From the human T2T-CHM13v2.0 reference genome, Homo sapiens: a DNA stretch of 64,000 nucleotides. How positions within the stretch are numbered: position 1 is the stretch's first letter; every line of letters starts with the position of its first letter. Both the position numbers and the translations under genes were made by a program. This document shows, in pieces, positions 16,505 through 32,505 of the stretch. The notes beneath the pieces are model-generated. The model was not told the DNA's origin. It ran no database searches and saw nothing but the letters and a program-made list of their open reading frames with translations. The stretch lies in NCBI GenBank assembly GCA_009914755.4, contig CP086569.2:2560001-2624000 (forward strand). Direction: 5' to 3'.

Positions 16505-16856
16505 GGCCAGGGGTGGTGGCTCAAGCCTATAATACCAGCAGTTTGAGAGGCTGAGGTAGGAGGGCTGCCTGAGGCTGGGAGTTTTAGACTGCCACAGCCA
16601 ACATACTGAGACTGCATTTCAATTAAAAACAAAAAAAGCAGCTTTGTTTTTTGGTTTTTGTTTTTGAAATTAGTCTCACTTTGTCACCCAGGCTGGAGTG
16701 CAATGTCACCATCTCAGCTCTCTGCATCCTTGACCTCTTGGGCATGTAGTTGGGATTATAGGCATGTGCCACCATACTCATTTCTGTATTTTTTGTAGAG
16801 AGGGGTTTTTCCATGTTGCCCTGGGTGGTCTTGAAATCCTGAACTTGTGGATTTCA
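16505..16856. mobile_element. Two Alu fragments: a + monomer at 16505-16640 and a - partial at 16650-16856
   Basis: GGCCAGGGGTGGTGGCTCAAGCCTATAATACCAGCAGTTTGAGAGGCTGAGG... and ...GTCTCACTTTGTCACCCAGGCTGGAGTGCAATG... Confidence 0.75.
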
Positions 16857-18096
16857 GGATCGTGGTGGACAGGAGGCAGGACTAGATTGCAGATCCGGAT
16901 AGAGCAGCATGCGGGGGCTTGCATTGTAAATTTTAGCTCCAGATTGACTGCAGGAACAAACCAGCAATCCCGAGAGGAACCACAGACCCTCTGAAGGAAG
17001 AAGACTGCCCCTGTAGGACCCAGGAGACACCCCAAATACTGTGAGTGTCCTAACAGTGGAAGTGGGAAAGAGAGACCCTCCTCTCCTGAACACACGCCCC
17101 CACTGGAGAAGCTGAAAGTCTGTTTGTGGGAGAGCAGTTTCTGACTTTACCTAGAGCTAAATCAAGTTAGAGAGCCAAGCCAAGCAAAATACAGGGATAG
17201 AGGAAGCAGCAGAAAGTCCATGGGAGCTCACTGGGTCCCCAAGCAACAAGTAGAAGAAAGAAATTCAGAGCTTGAAGACAAGGACTTCAAATTAACCCAA
17301 TCCAACAAAGACAAAGAAAAAAGGAGAAGAAAATATGAGCAAAGCCTCCAAGAAGTCTGGGATTATGTTAAACAGCCTAAGAACAATCAGTGTTCTTGAG
17401 GAAGAAGACAATTCTAAAAGCTTGGAAAACACATTTCAGGGAATAATCGAGGAAAACTTCCCCAGCCTTGCTAGAGACCTACACATGCAAATAAAAGAAG
17501 CACAAGGAATACTTGGAAAATTCATCACAAAAAAGTCTTCACCTAAGCACATTGCATCAGGTTATCCAAAGTTAAAATGAATGAAAGAATCTTAAAAGCT
17601 GTGAGACAGAAGCACCAGCTAACCTACAAGGGAAAAACTGTCAGATTAACAGCAGAATTCTCCACAGAAACCCTACAAGTTAGAAGGGCTTATAGGGTTT
17701 CTGCCTCCAATCTTCAGCCTCTTCAAACAAAACAATTATCAGCCAAGAACTTTGTATCCAGTGAAACTAAGCAACATATATGAAGGAAAGGTACAATCTT
17801 TTTCAGACAAACAAATGTGGAGATAATTAGCCATTACCAAGCCATTTCAATAATAACATTGAATGTAAATGGCCTAAATGCACCACTTAAAAGATACAGA
17901 ACTGCAGAATGGATATGAGCTCACCAATCATCTGCTGCCTTCAGGAAGATCATCTAACACATAAGGACTCACATAAACTTACAGGGGTGGAAAAAGTAAT
18001 TTCATGCAAATGGACAACAAAAGTGACCAGGGGTAGCTATTCTTATATTAGACAAAACAAACTTCAAAGCAACAGTGGTTAAAAGAGACAAAGAAG

Positions 18097-18396
18097 GGCC
18101 GGGCATGCTGGCTCATGCCTGTACTCCCAGCACTTCGGGAGGCGGAGGCAGGCTGATCACGAGGTCAGGAGTTTGAGACCGGCCTGGCCAACATAGTGAA
18201 ACCCCATCTCTACTAAAAATACAAAAAAAAAAATCAGCTGGGCGTGGTGGTGGGTGCCTGTAATTCCAGCTACTAGAGGCTGAGGCAGGAGAATCTCTTG
18301 AACTCGGGAGGCAGAGGCTGCAGTGAGCCGAGATCACGCCACTGCACTCTAGCCCGGGCAACAGTGCGAGACTCCGTCTCAAAGAAAAAAAAAAAG
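18097..18396 (+). mobile_element. Alu nested in the L1
   Basis: GGCCGGGCATGCTGGCTCATGCCTGTACTCCCAGCACTTCGGGAGGCGGAGG... with an A-tail; L1 sequence resumes after it. Confidence 0.95.
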
Positions 18397-19857
18397 AAAC
18401 AAAGAGAGACATTATGTAATGGTAAAAAGCCTTGTCCAACAAGAAAATGTCACAATCCTAAACATATATGCACTGAACACTGGAGCTCTCAAATTTATAA
18501 AACAATTACTAATAGATCTAAGAAATGAGATAGACAGCAACACAATAGTAGTGGGGAACTTCAATACTCCACTGACAGCACCAGACAGGTCATCAAGACA
18601 GAAAATCAACAAAGAAACAATGGATTTAACTATGCCTTGGAATAAATGGACTTAATATATTTCATCCAACAGCTACTGAATACACATTCTATTCAAAAGC
18701 ACATGGAACTTTCTCCAAGATTAGACCATATGATAGACCATAAAAAGAGCCTTAATAAATTTAAGAAAATTGAAATTATATCAAGCACTCTTTCAAACTA
18801 TGGTGGAATAAAACTGGAAATCAGCTCCAAAAGGAAGCTTCAAAACAATGCAAATACATGGACACTAAATAACCTGTTCCTGAATGAACATTGGGTCAAA
18901 AAAAATGAAGGTGGAAATTAAAAAATTCTTCGAACTGAATGACAGTAATGACAAAATCTATCAAAACCTCTGAGATATAGCTAAGGTGGTGTTAAGAGGA
19001 AAGTTGATAGCTCTAAATGCTGACATCAAAAAGTCTGAAAGAGCACAAATTGACATTCTAAGGTCACATCCCAAGGAACTAGAGAAACAAGAACAAACCA
19101 AACCAAAACCCAGCAGAAGAAAGGAAATAACCAAGATAAGAGCAGAAATAAATTGAAACAAAGAAAAAAAAGATACAAAAGATAAATAAAACAAAAAGCA
19201 GGATCTTGGAAAAGATAAGTAAAATTGATAGACCATAAACAAGATTAATCAAGAAAAGAATAGACAAAATCCAAATAACCTCACTGTGAAACAAAACAGG
19301 AGATATTACAACTGACACCACTGAAATAAAAAAGATCATTCAAGGCTATTATGAACACCCTTACACATATAAACTAGAAAACCTAAAAGAGATGCATAAA
19401 TTCCTGGAAAAATATAACCCTCCTAGCTTAAATCAGGACCCTTAAATTTGATACCCTGAACAGACCAACAACCAGCAAGGTTGAAACAGTAATTTAAAAA
19501 TTACCAACCAAAAAAAGTCCAAGACCAGACAAATTCATAGCAGAATTCTACCAGACATTCAAAGAAGAATCAGTACAATTCCTTTTGACACTATTCCACA
19601 AGATAGAGAAAGAAGAAACCCTCCCCAATTCATTAATTGAAGCCAGCATCATCCTAATACCAAAATCAGAAAAGGATACAACCAAAAAAGAAAACTACAG
19701 ACTGATATCCTTGATGAACATAGATGCCAAAATCCTTAACAAAATACTAGCTAACTGAAACCAACAACATAGCAAAAAATAATCCACCATGATCAAGTGG
19801 GTTTCATACCAGGGATGCAGAGATGGTTTAACATACACAAGTGAGTAAGTGTGATAC

Positions 19858-20476
19858 TAAGGCAAGATATTAAAGAAAAATAAAATTAAAAAGAAAGGGA
19901 AATAAGTTTTCCTGCATTAGGCTGATTTGTCCCAGAGGCAGCAACAGGCACAGCCCAGACCCAGGAAAAGTCTTGATAATATTACCTAATGTGCTCTGGA
20001 GACTCTCCAGCACTCCCTCAACATAGGGAGAAGAAAAACAAATTTTCCTTTGTTTTATGGAATGAGTTTATAGATCCTTGTTCTCTGTAACTAGTGACTT
20101 CAAGTATTCTGTTTATCTAAAAAGTACAACGGAGGTCATGAGAAGCCTGAGTAGGCCTGAACTACAGCTGCCTGGGCACCACAGTGAAGGTTATAGGATA
20201 AGCCCATGCCCAGACAAACCTAGATAATGGACATCTGGGTTGCTTGGCAATGGTCATGTGCAGTCCTGTCTTTGTCCTGCCTCTGAACCCCTGCTTTTAT
20301 GCCACTGTAAGCTTCCTTCAAGCTAGCCCGCCCCCTTTTGTGAAGTGTATATAAAAGTCAGATGCTGTCTTTGTGCTGGGCCCAGTCTTGGGATGTGAGT
20401 CAGCTGGACCTGAGTGCACTCAATAAAGATCCTGCTGTTTTAACCCAAGGTCTCTTTCATTCTCCTGAATCCTGCA
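19858..20476 (+). mobile_element. Solo LTR (unclassified ERV LTR, about 620 bp) nested in L1 ORF2
   Basis: It interrupts L1 ORF2 between ...GWFNIHK... and ...[18 protein letters not shown].... It contains TATA-like GTGTATATAAAAG and, downstream, CACTCAATAAAGATCCTGCTG (polyA signal), which is LTR U3-R architecture. It is flanked by an ATAC-like 4-bp repeat. Confidence 0.6.
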
Positions 20477-21378
20477 AAAATACACCACATAAACAGAATT
20501 AAAAACAAAAATCACATGATCATCTCAATGGGTGCAGAAAAAAGATTTGACAAAATCTGGCATCCCTCTATGATTAAAACCCTCTGCAACATTGACAAAC
20601 AAGGGACATAGCTTAATGTAATAAAAGCTACCTATGACAAACCCACAACCAATATAATACCTAATGGGGAAAAGTTGAAAGTATTCCCTCTGAGAACAGG
20701 AACCCAAGACAAGGATGCCCACTCTCACCACTTCTCTTCAACATAGTACTGGAAGTCCTAGCCAGAGCAATCAGACAAGAGAAAGAAAGAAAGGGGATCC
20801 AAATTGGTAAAGAGGAAGTCAAATTGTCCCTGTTTGCTGATGATATGATCATTTACCTTGAAAACCTTAAGGACTCCTCCAGAAAGCTCCTACAACTGAT
20901 AAAATAATTCTGCAAAGTTTCTGGATACAAGATTAATGTACACAAATCAGTAGCTCTTCTATACACCAACAGCGAAGAAGCAGAGAATGAAATCAAGAAC
21001 TCAACTCCTTTTACAATAGCTGCAAAAAAATTAAGATACTTAAGATATACCTAACCAAGGATTCAAAAAAACCAAGGAAAACTACAAAACACTGCTAAAA
21101 GAAATCATAGACAACATAAATAAATGGAAATATATCCCATGCTTATGGATGGATAGAATTAATATTGTGAAAATGACCACACTGCCAAAAGCAATCTACA
21201 AATTCAACAAAATCCCCATCAAAATATGACCACCATTCTTCACAGAGTTAGAAAAAACAATTCTAAAACTCTTATGGAATTGAAAAAGAACCTGCATAGC
21301 CAAAGCAACACTAAGCAAAAACAAAAAATCTAGAGGCATCACACTACCTGATTTCAAACTATACTATAAGGTCATAGT

Positions 21379-21773
<395 letters not shown>

Positions 21774-22726
21774 TTACAGCCAACTGATTTTCAACAAAGC
21801 AAACAAAACACAAAGTGGGGAATGGACACTCTTTTCAACAAATGGTTCTGGGATAATTGGCTAGCCACATGTAGGAGAATGAAACTGGATCCTCATCTCT
21901 CACCTTATACAAAAATCAACTGAAGATGGATTAAGAACTTAATTCTAAGACCTAAAACTATAAAATTTCTACAAGATAACATTGGAAAAACCTTCTAGAC
22001 ATTGGCTTAGGCAAGGATTTCATGGCCAAGAACCCAAAAGGAGATGCAATAAAAACACAGATAAATAGCTAAGACCTAATTAAACTAAAGAGCTTTTGCA
22101 CAGCAAAAGGAATAGTCAGAAAAGTAAACAAATAACTGACAGAGTGGGAGAAAATCATCACAATCTATACATCTGACAAAATACTAATATCCAGAATCTA
22201 CCACAAACTTAAACAAATTAGTAAGAAAAAAACAATCCCATCAAAAAGTGGGTTAAGGACATGGATAGACAATTCTCAAAAGAAGATATACAAATGGCCA
22301 AAAAACATATGAAAAAATTCTCACCATCACTAATGATCAGGGAAATGCAAATCAAAACCACAATGCAATACCACCTTACTCCTGCAAGAATGGCTATAAT
22401 CAAAAATGAAAAAAACTGTACTTGTCGTGGATGCAGTAATCAGGGAACACTTCTACCGTGCTGGTGGGAATGTAAACTAGTACAGCAGCTATGGAAAACA
22501 GTGTGGACATTCATTAAAGAACTAAAAGGAGAACTACCATTTGATCCAGCAATCCCACTACTGAGATCCACCCAGAGAAAAAGAAGTCATTATTTGTTTA
22601 TTCAGAAAAGACAGTTACACATGCATGTTTATAACAGCACAATTCACAATTGCAAAATCGTGGTACCAATCCAAATATGCCCATTAATCAATGAGTGTAT
22701 AAAGAAACTGTGGTATAGGCTGGGTG

Positions 22727-23009
22727 CAGTGGCTCACACCTGTAATCCTAGCACTTTGGGAGGGCCGAGACAGGCAGTTTGCCTGAGCTCAGTAGTTTGA
22801 GACCAGCCTGAATAACATGGTCAAACCCCATCTCTACTAAAAAAAAAAAAAAAAAAATTGTGGGACATGATGATGGGCACCTGCTACTCAGGAGGCTGAG
22901 GCAGAAGAATTGCTTGAACCTGGGAGATGGAAGTTACAGTGAGCAGAGATCGAGCCACCGCACTTCAGCCTGGGTGACACAGCGAGACTCCATCTCCAAA
23001 AAAAAAAAG
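22727..23009 (+). mobile_element. Alu nested near the end of L1 ORF2, with a target-site duplication of roughly AAGAAACTGTGGTA / AAGGAAACTGTGGTA
   Basis: GGCTGGGTGCAGTGGCTCACACCTGTAATCCTAGCACTTTGGGAGG... with an A-tail. Confidence 0.9.
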
Positions 23010-23750
23010 AAAAGGAAACTGTGGTAGATATGTATACACACAAAAAGGAATGAATTAACAGCATTTGCAGTGACCTGGATGAGATTGGAGACTATTACTC
23101 TAAGTGAAGTAACTCAGCAATGGAAAACCAAATATTGTATGTTCTCACTGATATGTGGAAGCTAAGCTATGAGGACACGAAGGCATAAGAATGACACAAT
23201 GGACTTTGGAGGCTTGCGGGGAAGAGTGGGAGGGGAGTGAGGGATAAACACTACAAATAGGGTGGAGTCTGTACTGCTTGGGTGACGGGTGCACAAAATC
23301 TCATAAATCACCACTAAAGAACTCACTTATGTAACCAAATACCACCTATACCCCAATAACTTATGGAAAAATAAAACATTAAAACACAATCATCATAGCT
23401 CCTCATAGCTCCTTTGTGCCAATGTGAATCAATGCAATCAATTATTACATTGATTCTAACTTGTCCTAAAAAGCCAGAGCAACATGAGGATGTCTGTTGG
23501 GTCCCTTATGGCTTATGGAGGGGGAAATTTCTGAGCCATTTTACAGACTCACAGATGGATTTCCAGGTACTTCCTAGCTGACCAAAATAGTGCACAGGAA
23601 TCTAGGCCAGGATTATGTGAGTTGGTGGAGTCATTGCTTGTGCTAAGCACTATGACAAATATTCATAGATGAACAAAGTTACTAGAAACAATAATGATAC
23701 CAATTTGTAATAGGGATCTGATCCAGAAACTTACCTTTTCTGGTAACTAA

Positions 23751-24108
<358 letters not shown>

Positions 24109-24127
24109 TCCTTCTCCTTATTTTTTC

Positions 24128-24705
24128 TTGACATGGTCTCACTCTGTTGCCCATCACTCTGTTGCAGTGGTGCCATCATGGCTCACTGCAGCCTCAACCT
24201 CCTGGGCTCAAGCCATCTTCCCACCTCAGCCTCCTGACTGACTGGGCCTGCAGGCAGGTGTGCCTAGGTGATTTTTTTTTTTTTTCTTCAAGATGGAGTT
24301 TCACTCTTATTGCCCAGGTTGGAGTTACAATGGCGCGATCTCGGCTCACTGCAACCTCCGCTTCCCAGGGTCAAGCAATTCTCCTGCCTCAGCTTCCCAA
24401 GTAGTTGAGATTATAGGCACACACCACCATGCTTAGCTAATTTTGTATTTTTAGTAGAGATGGGGTTTCACCATGCTGGTCAGGCTGGTCTTGAACTCCT
24501 GACCTGAGGTGAGCCGCCCACCTTGGCCTCCCAAAGTGCTAGAATTACAGGCATGAGCTACTATGCCTACTTATTTTTGTAGTTTTTAAGAGGCAGTGCC
24601 CCACTATGTTGCTCAGGCTAGTCTCAAACTCCTTGACTCAAGCACTCCTCCCACCTCAGTGACCCAAAGTGCTAGGATTACAGGCATGAGCAACAGGCAT
24701 GGAAT
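24128..24705 (-). mobile_element. Three consecutive Alu copies or fragments: 24128-24262 partial, 24274-24566 full, 24570-24705 right arm
   Basis: direct reading of reverse-complement Alu motifs. Confidence 0.85.
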
Positions 24706-25305
24706 TTAAACAAAATTCCAGAATTTTCTTTAAATATTACACAAATCTGTTATTATCATGAACGTGTTTACTTTCTTTTGGAATGCAAGTCTGAAATTTA
24801 TTTCATTCTTGCTTTGGGAAGCTAAAGGAATAGCTCTTCTTAGCCAACTCTGTAGCTTTTTTTTCATATGGTGCAGCAGATTTCATCTTAAATCATCAGA
24901 AGAATTTTTCTGTCTTGCCATTTTTGCCCAATAATTTGCTCATCCTGACCCAAAAGCAGACGTATTAGCTGATATAAATCAATATCCAGCAATATAAAAT
25001 GGGCCAACTGCTGTACATTCCTGGGCAAATTTATGGAGTCCTCCTCAGTCACCCTGGCAAACTTTTTGGCTATTGCATGCAACTCAGTGGGACCAGAGAG
25101 TGTAAGAAGCCACTAATAGATTCTGTTTATTATTGAGTGGTGTTGAAATGCATACGCAGGAATTGGAGGAAGGATGGGAAAGCCTTCTGCTCCCTTGTTT
25201 GGGGGCTTGTAGACAAGTTTAGGTTCAGCTGTTTTAGGTGACTGTAAAGGGGAAAGAATTGTAATTTTAGAATTTACAAATGTTGGAGATGGACATTCCT
25301 GTTAA

Positions 25306-25615
<310 letters not shown>

Positions 25616-27199
25616 TAAATTTTTATTCTAATTTTATTTTTATTTTTTTTTTACTCTAGAAGGGTAGAGACATACTGTCTTGCGGAGAAGGTATATTCGA
25701 TTTAGTGGACTTTTTAAGGCTTCTGAGTGCTAATTAAATTACACTTCCATACCCTTTACTCATTCTGAGAAGTGCAACCCTTTTTATTTTCAAGGTGTTG
25801 TCTTCAAAAAATAGTTTGAAAAGGCCAAATGAGCCCCAAAGGGACTACTGCAACTCCAAACTATTGTTAGTCAAACAGAGCCTTTTAGATAAAAACACAT
25901 AATTTAGATTAAAAACCCATAACACCTAAACCTATAACAATCTAGATTCCCTCTGGAGAGAGAGGAACTTTCAGTTTGCTTAAAACAAAGGCTTTTATCC
26001 TTTCCTTGTCTGAACTTAAAATGGAAACAAGCAAAAAGACTGACAAGGAGCGATGCCAACAAATCCTGAACAAAAGAGAGATCTCAATCAATATGAAAGT
26101 TGTTTGGCATGCAAGAGAGCTTATCACTCCTGGTACCAAAGGACACTAAGATCCCAAAGTGCAACAAGGTTTCAGTAGGTACCTCATGGATGACCAAGAC
26201 CCCTGGAACCATGAAGGATAAAGTCACTTTGCAACCATGCTCCTGACACCAACTGTGAACCCTAAAAAGAAAGACAGAATCAACCAATCAAACACAAATA
26301 AGCATTTACTCTGAAATGGATGTTGCAACCTGGGTAGCAGTTAGAGACTGTACCACCTGAGAGGGTGTGGGGGCTTACATTTAAAGGAACTTATTTAGAC
26401 TATGTAAATTGTCTCATTATTTTATTGGTGGATTCAACAATTAAGTCTGTAATCATTAGTAGAGTAAGTGTAGTTGTGTTAATCCAAAGAAAAGCACATA
26501 TAGAATGTTTGTCAGTATTAGGACCAGTTTCTTTATATTGCATATGGTTGAAAATATGGTTGTTGTGAAAGAAGTGTGTTTCAGCATTCCTTTCTGTTTT
26601 TCAGTATTCAAGAGTAGTTCAATATGGCATTGGTAGCCTAAGATGGAGTCACTGACGGAAAGTTGGAAGCACTTCTAAGCTCACAGTAGCATGCCAAGAC
26701 TGGGCATGGAAGTCGAGTGTATCTTTTGTAATAAGGCAGCAATCATGGGTATTTTTCTGGCTTCTCTTTTAGCCATTCCAGGGAATTATTGGACTTGAGG
26801 AGAGAATTATGGGAAACTAATATGTAGCCAGTCTGTCAGTAGTACAGATTTCTTGGGACTAAGAACTCATATATTAAATAGGCATAACTCTATTTAAATC
26901 TGTGGAGTGTTCCGAAACTCCAGTTATTTAGTGTTGGAAATAATTGATAGTTCACAATGGGTAGCTCCAGGAGTTAAAAAAAAAAAAAAAGAGAGAGAGA
27001 TAGAGACAGATATGAATTCAATGGTTGGACAATAGTTGGTGTTCAGAAAATTGAATAATTGGTAATTGATGTATTCAGATTTGTTTCTCTTAATTTTATT
27101 CTAATCATTTGTGTCTTTCAAGGTATTTGTTTCATTTAATTTTTCTCCAGGGTTGATAGTAATGTCCCTTCTGATATCTCTGATTCTAATGTTACAGGT

Positions 27200-27940
27200 G
27201 GTTCTTTGTTCTTAGAGCTACCAAGATGGTGGCTGGCTGCTCCCAAGATGGCCTTTTGTTTTCTGACCTGGGGTTCTTGGCCTCATGGATTCCAAGGAAT
27301 GGAACCTTGGGGCAGGTGGTGAGTTATAGCTCTATTAGAAGTCGTGGGTCACAGAAGAGAACTGTGGAACCCAGCAACGAGTGTTCAGCTCAATTAGGAC
27401 GAACCTGGGCACTTAGCCGCACAGGAACAATGACAAGCCTCTAGGCAGATTGGGAGTGGCAATGGGTGCCTTGCTGAATCAGAAGCACATTGGACACCCT
27501 GCTGGATCTGGAGGGGTGGAAGTCACGGGTCTATGATGGCGGCGATCAGCAGTGGTGAACGGTGAGTGAAAGCTCAGCTTGTGCTGGACAAACACAGACC
27601 AGAAGAGTGTGGTGTTGCAAGATTTAATAGAGTGAAAACAGATCTCCCATATAATTGGAAGGGACCCAAAGGGGGTTGCCTGATCTGGCTTGAATGCCTG
27701 GATTTATATCCCGATCATTTTCCCTCCCCCTGTGCTCTCAGGCTATAGATGATTTGACTATTTCTTTACCTCCTGCTTTTAGCCTAATTAGTATTTTAGT
27801 GAGCTCTCTTTATTACCTGATTGGTTGGATGTGAGCTGAGTTACAAGCCCCCTGTTTATTGATGGGTGCAGTCACCTTCCCCATAGAGGCTTAGGAATTC
27901 TTAGTCGGCCTAGGAAATCCAGCTAGTCCTGTTTCTCACT
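27200..27940. mobile_element. LTR/ERV-like block, unclassified
   Basis: The sequence has LTR-like content (…CTCAGGCTATAGATGA…, …CCCCATAGAGGCTTAGG…) and is not a SINE/LINE. I cannot name the family. Confidence 0.3.
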
Positions 27941-29780
27941 AGTTATATGAAACTTTTCATGTAAAATTTGTCAATTTTGTTATTTTTTATACAGCCAGCA
28001 TTTTGTTTTATTGATTGTCTCTACTATTCTCAGTTTCACTGAATCCACCCTAATCGTTATTATTTTCTATCTTATGCTTGTTTGTGGTTTGGTTTTGCTT
28101 TTCTTTTGCAGTGTCACTAGATAGAAGGTTAGGTTATTGATCTGAGGTCTTCTCATTTAATGTAGGCATTTACTGCCAAACTTTTTCTCTAAGTCATGCT
28201 TTAGATGCATTTTGCAAGTTTTGGTGTGTCAATTTTTTTCATTTATTTTTAAAGTATTTTCTGTTTTCCCTTTTGATTTTCTTCTCATAATGTCAAGTAA
28301 AAATTATAGGATGTTATTGAACTATGCTTCTGCAGTAGGTCCGAAAAGACCAGACTAAAAATTAAACTGGGGTCACACATGCTAATGTTCCGCATCCCCA
28401 AATGTGAATTAAATTATCTGACCTTCCAACAAATAAAAAGAGAAATGACAGTCAATTTCCCAAACAAGCCAGTTTTAAATTTTCAGGGTCTAGTTCAAAA
28501 ACGATGCTGTAAAATCGAGCTGACTTACAGACATACAGCACCAAGATGATCATCAGCAACATCCCAGAACTCAAATGTGAGGACAAGACAGATGCAAGGA
28601 TCACAGAAAAGTGAAAGACAAGGGAGACATATCCATGAGGATAGGCAGAAACAAAGAGGAGCAGTGAGATTACCATCCCTATCCCTGGAAAATGTGCTCT
28701 GTAACTTGGCCAAAGAGATGCCAAATCAGAGTGGCTTGTCAGGAGCACTATGATGCAAGAAGTGCATTTCATAGGTACCCTGGCCAAAAATGCCTAGGTA
28801 GCATTCCCACTCTGCTGGGATATCCCCTTTGGAACCTCCCTCATTCAAACTGGGCAGTACTCGAATTATTTAATACACCCAAGCAAACCTGGGCTTAAGA
28901 TACAAACTAGAGTTAAAAAGAGGCAGCAACTTAGCAGTAAAGAATTTAAGCAAATATATCCAATAAAAAGCAAAAGAAGCCAGACGGGTAAGACTGCAAT
29001 ATGTAACCTATCCTTCAATGCAAAGACATGCATAAGAAACAACAGCAAAGAGGAAACTATGACCTTTCCAAACAGAGAAAACAAGAAAAAAGTGACTGAC
29101 TCTAACAAGATGCCAATATGTGAGCTCTCTAACCAATAATTCAAAGTAGAATTTTAAGGAAACTCAATAATCTTCAACACAATACAGAAAAGCCATCAAA
29201 AACTTATCAGAGAAATTTAATGGACATTCAAATATATAACTTTAAAAGCATGCAAATCTTGAAACTAATAAATACTTTTGATAAACTGAAAAATTTGTTA
29301 GAGGTTCTTAACAGCAGGATGGATTCAGCAGAATAAGGAATTAGCTCGTAAACAGGCTATTTGAAAACACACAGAGGAAAATTAAAAAAAAAAAGGATAA
29401 AAAGGAATAGAAAATTACCTCAAAGAAAAAACAAACTTCAGAATTATTGGTGTTCAAGACAAAGTTGAGCAACAGCAAGGGGTGGGGGACTTATTCAAAT
29501 AAATAGTAATAAAAAAGTTTCCAAAATTTAACAAGATGTATTCATGTACGAGAAGTTCAGAGAACAACAAACAGATTCAATTCAAAGAAGTCTACCCCAA
29601 GGCATATAACAATAAAACTCTAAAAGATCAAAGACAGAGAGGGGACCCTAAAAGCAGCAAGAGAAAACCAAATAACATCAAGGAGCTCAGAATTTTCTGG
29701 GAACAGACTTCTCAGCAGAGACCATACAGACCAGGAGAGAGCAGACAATATTTTCAAAGGGCTAAAAACAGGGGAAAAGA

Positions 29781-29808
29781 CACACACACACACACACACA
29801 CACACACC
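29781..29808. repeat. (CA)n microsatellite
   Basis: acacacacacacacacacacacacac. Confidence 0.95.
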
Positions 29809-32505
29809 CCTACCATCCAAGAATACTGTGTTCAAAAAGCTAGTCTTTACATATGAAGGAGAGATAAATTGTTATTCAGAGTGACAAATCAGAGAAGTCA
29901 ACACCATCAGAACTACTTTACAAGACATGCTAAAAATAACTCTTCTTCTTTGGCCAGGGTACCTGTGAAATAATAAAGCACCATGCAAAAAGAATGAATT
30001 TGACTGTATAAAAGCCACTGGTTAAATTTAGTACACAGACAAACTGAGAAATGTAATTGTAATATGCAATTCACTTCTAATTGTAGTAGGAAGTCCAAAT
30101 GTTGATAGCTACAATAACATGTTGAGGTGAGTAATATAAAAATATATAAATTGATACAAATAAAAGTCAAAATGTAGAGGTGATTGAATTAATGTCCAGA
30201 ATTTTTCTTTATGCCTTTGTTTCTGTATAATCTAAAATTAGTCGTCTTCACTTAAAATAACTTACTGTAAGATTTTTTTTTTGTAAGCCTCATGGTAACC
30301 ACAATGCAAACATCTTTAAGAGACAATCTGAAAAGCAATGAATTAAGCCACAGTACCAGAGACAATCACTTAACCACAAAGAAAGACAGTGAGAAAGGGA
30401 AAACAGTTTAAAAAGAATGTGAAAACTTGCCACAAAATGGCAGTAGTAAGTGCTTTTTTTAAAAAAAATATTTTTTTGAGACAGGATCTTCTTCTGTCAC
30501 CCAGCAGAGGGCAGTGGCAAAATCATGACTCACTGCAGCTTCACCAAACCCAGTGTAAGTCCTTCATAACAGTGGATGTAATTGGAATCAATTGATCAGT
30601 TAAAAGGCATAGAGTGGCTGAATGGATTCAGAAATGAGACCCAATTTTATGCTACCTACAAGAAACCCACTTTACCTATAGAGACACAGAGACTGAAAAC
30701 AAACAAGTGGGAGAAAATATTCCATGCAATTGGAAAGCAAAAATGAGTAGAAGTAGTTATGATTATGTCAGATTAAATAAATGACTAATCAAACACAAAA
30801 AGAAACAAAAAAAGGTCACTATATAATGATTCAGCAAGAGGATATAACAGTTACAAATACATTTGCACACAACACCAGAGCTTCCAAGTATATACAGCAA
30901 ATAATGGATCTCAAGGGAGAGACAGAATGCAAATAATAATAGTAGGTGACTATGAATCCATTCTCAGTAATGATGGATTCACACAGAAAATCAACAAAGA
31001 AATATCAGAGTTAAACAGTGTACTAGACATAATAGGCTTAAATGACATTTACAGAACATTTTATCCAACTGCTGCACAGAATTTTATCAGCACGTGAAAT
31101 ATTCTGCAGAAGAGATTATATCTTAGGCCACTTAACAAGTCTGAAAAAACTCAAAAAAATAAAAATAATATCAGGTATCTTGTCTGACCACAGTGGAATA
31201 TCACTAGAAATCTGTAACAAGAAGAATCTTGGGAAATACACAAATACGTGGAAGCTAAACACTATGTTCCTGAATGACCAGTTGGTCAGCATAGAAATTA
31301 AGGAAACATTTATTTTTTTTTTCTTTTATTGAAGTCAAAAGACAGTGAAGAAATTTAATTTTTTTGAAGCAAAGGAACATGGAACTACAACACACCAAAT
31401 TCTGTGTTTAGCAAAAACAGTACTAAGCTGTACTAAATGGGAAGTTTATAGCAATGAACAACTATATTGAAAAAGTAAGAAGACATCAAAATAACAACCT
31501 AATGGTTCACCTCAAGGAACTAGGAAAGTAAGAACAAACCAAACCCAAGTAGAAAGAAGAAATAATAAAGATCACAGCATATATAAATAAAATTGAGAAA
31601 ATACAAAATATTAATGAAATAATTGTTTTTAAAGATAAATTGACAAAACCTTATCAGACTAAGAAAAGAGGAGATTGAATAAAATCAGAAATAAAAAAGA
31701 TGTAACAACTGAGACCACCGAATACAGACCCTGGATACGTACAAGTTCCAAGGTGAACCATGATGATATGGAAAACCTCAACACACCAGTAATGAGTAAT
31801 GTTATTAAAGCCATAAGAAAAAGTCATCCGTGAAAGAAAAGCACAAAATTGATGCCTTCACTGCTAAATTCTATGAAACATCTAAGGAAGAACAAATATC
31901 AGTTCTACTCAAACTCCTTAAAAGTAAATGGAAGAGGAGGGAATACTTCCAAACTCATTCTGTAGGTTTAGCATTACCCTGATACCGAAACCAGACGGGA
32001 ACACAACAAAAAGAGAAAAACTACATGCCAGTAGCACTGATAAACTTAGATGCAAAAAATCCTCAATAAATTACTAAGAAGCCAAATTTGACATTAAGAA
32101 TATTATTTACCATGATCAAATGTCCTATATCCCAGGGATGAAATAATGGTTCAACATACACAAATCGGTAAATGTGATACATTAACAGAAGAAAGAACAA
32201 AAACCACATGATTATTTCAACGGATGCAAAATAAAAGCTCTTAAATAAAATTTAACAACACTTTATGACAAAAGACTTAAACTGGCCGTAGAAGTAATGA
32301 TATACCTCAAAATAATACAGGACATGTTTACATCTAAACAGTAACTTTATGGACAAATTTACAGCTAAAATCATATTTTACAGAAAAAAAAATTGGAGGT
32401 CTTTTTTTGTAAAATCTGTAACAAGAGAAGATGCTCACTTTTACCACTTTACTATAATACTAGAAGTCCTGGCCAGAGGAGTCAGGCTTGAAAAAGAAAT
32501 AAAGG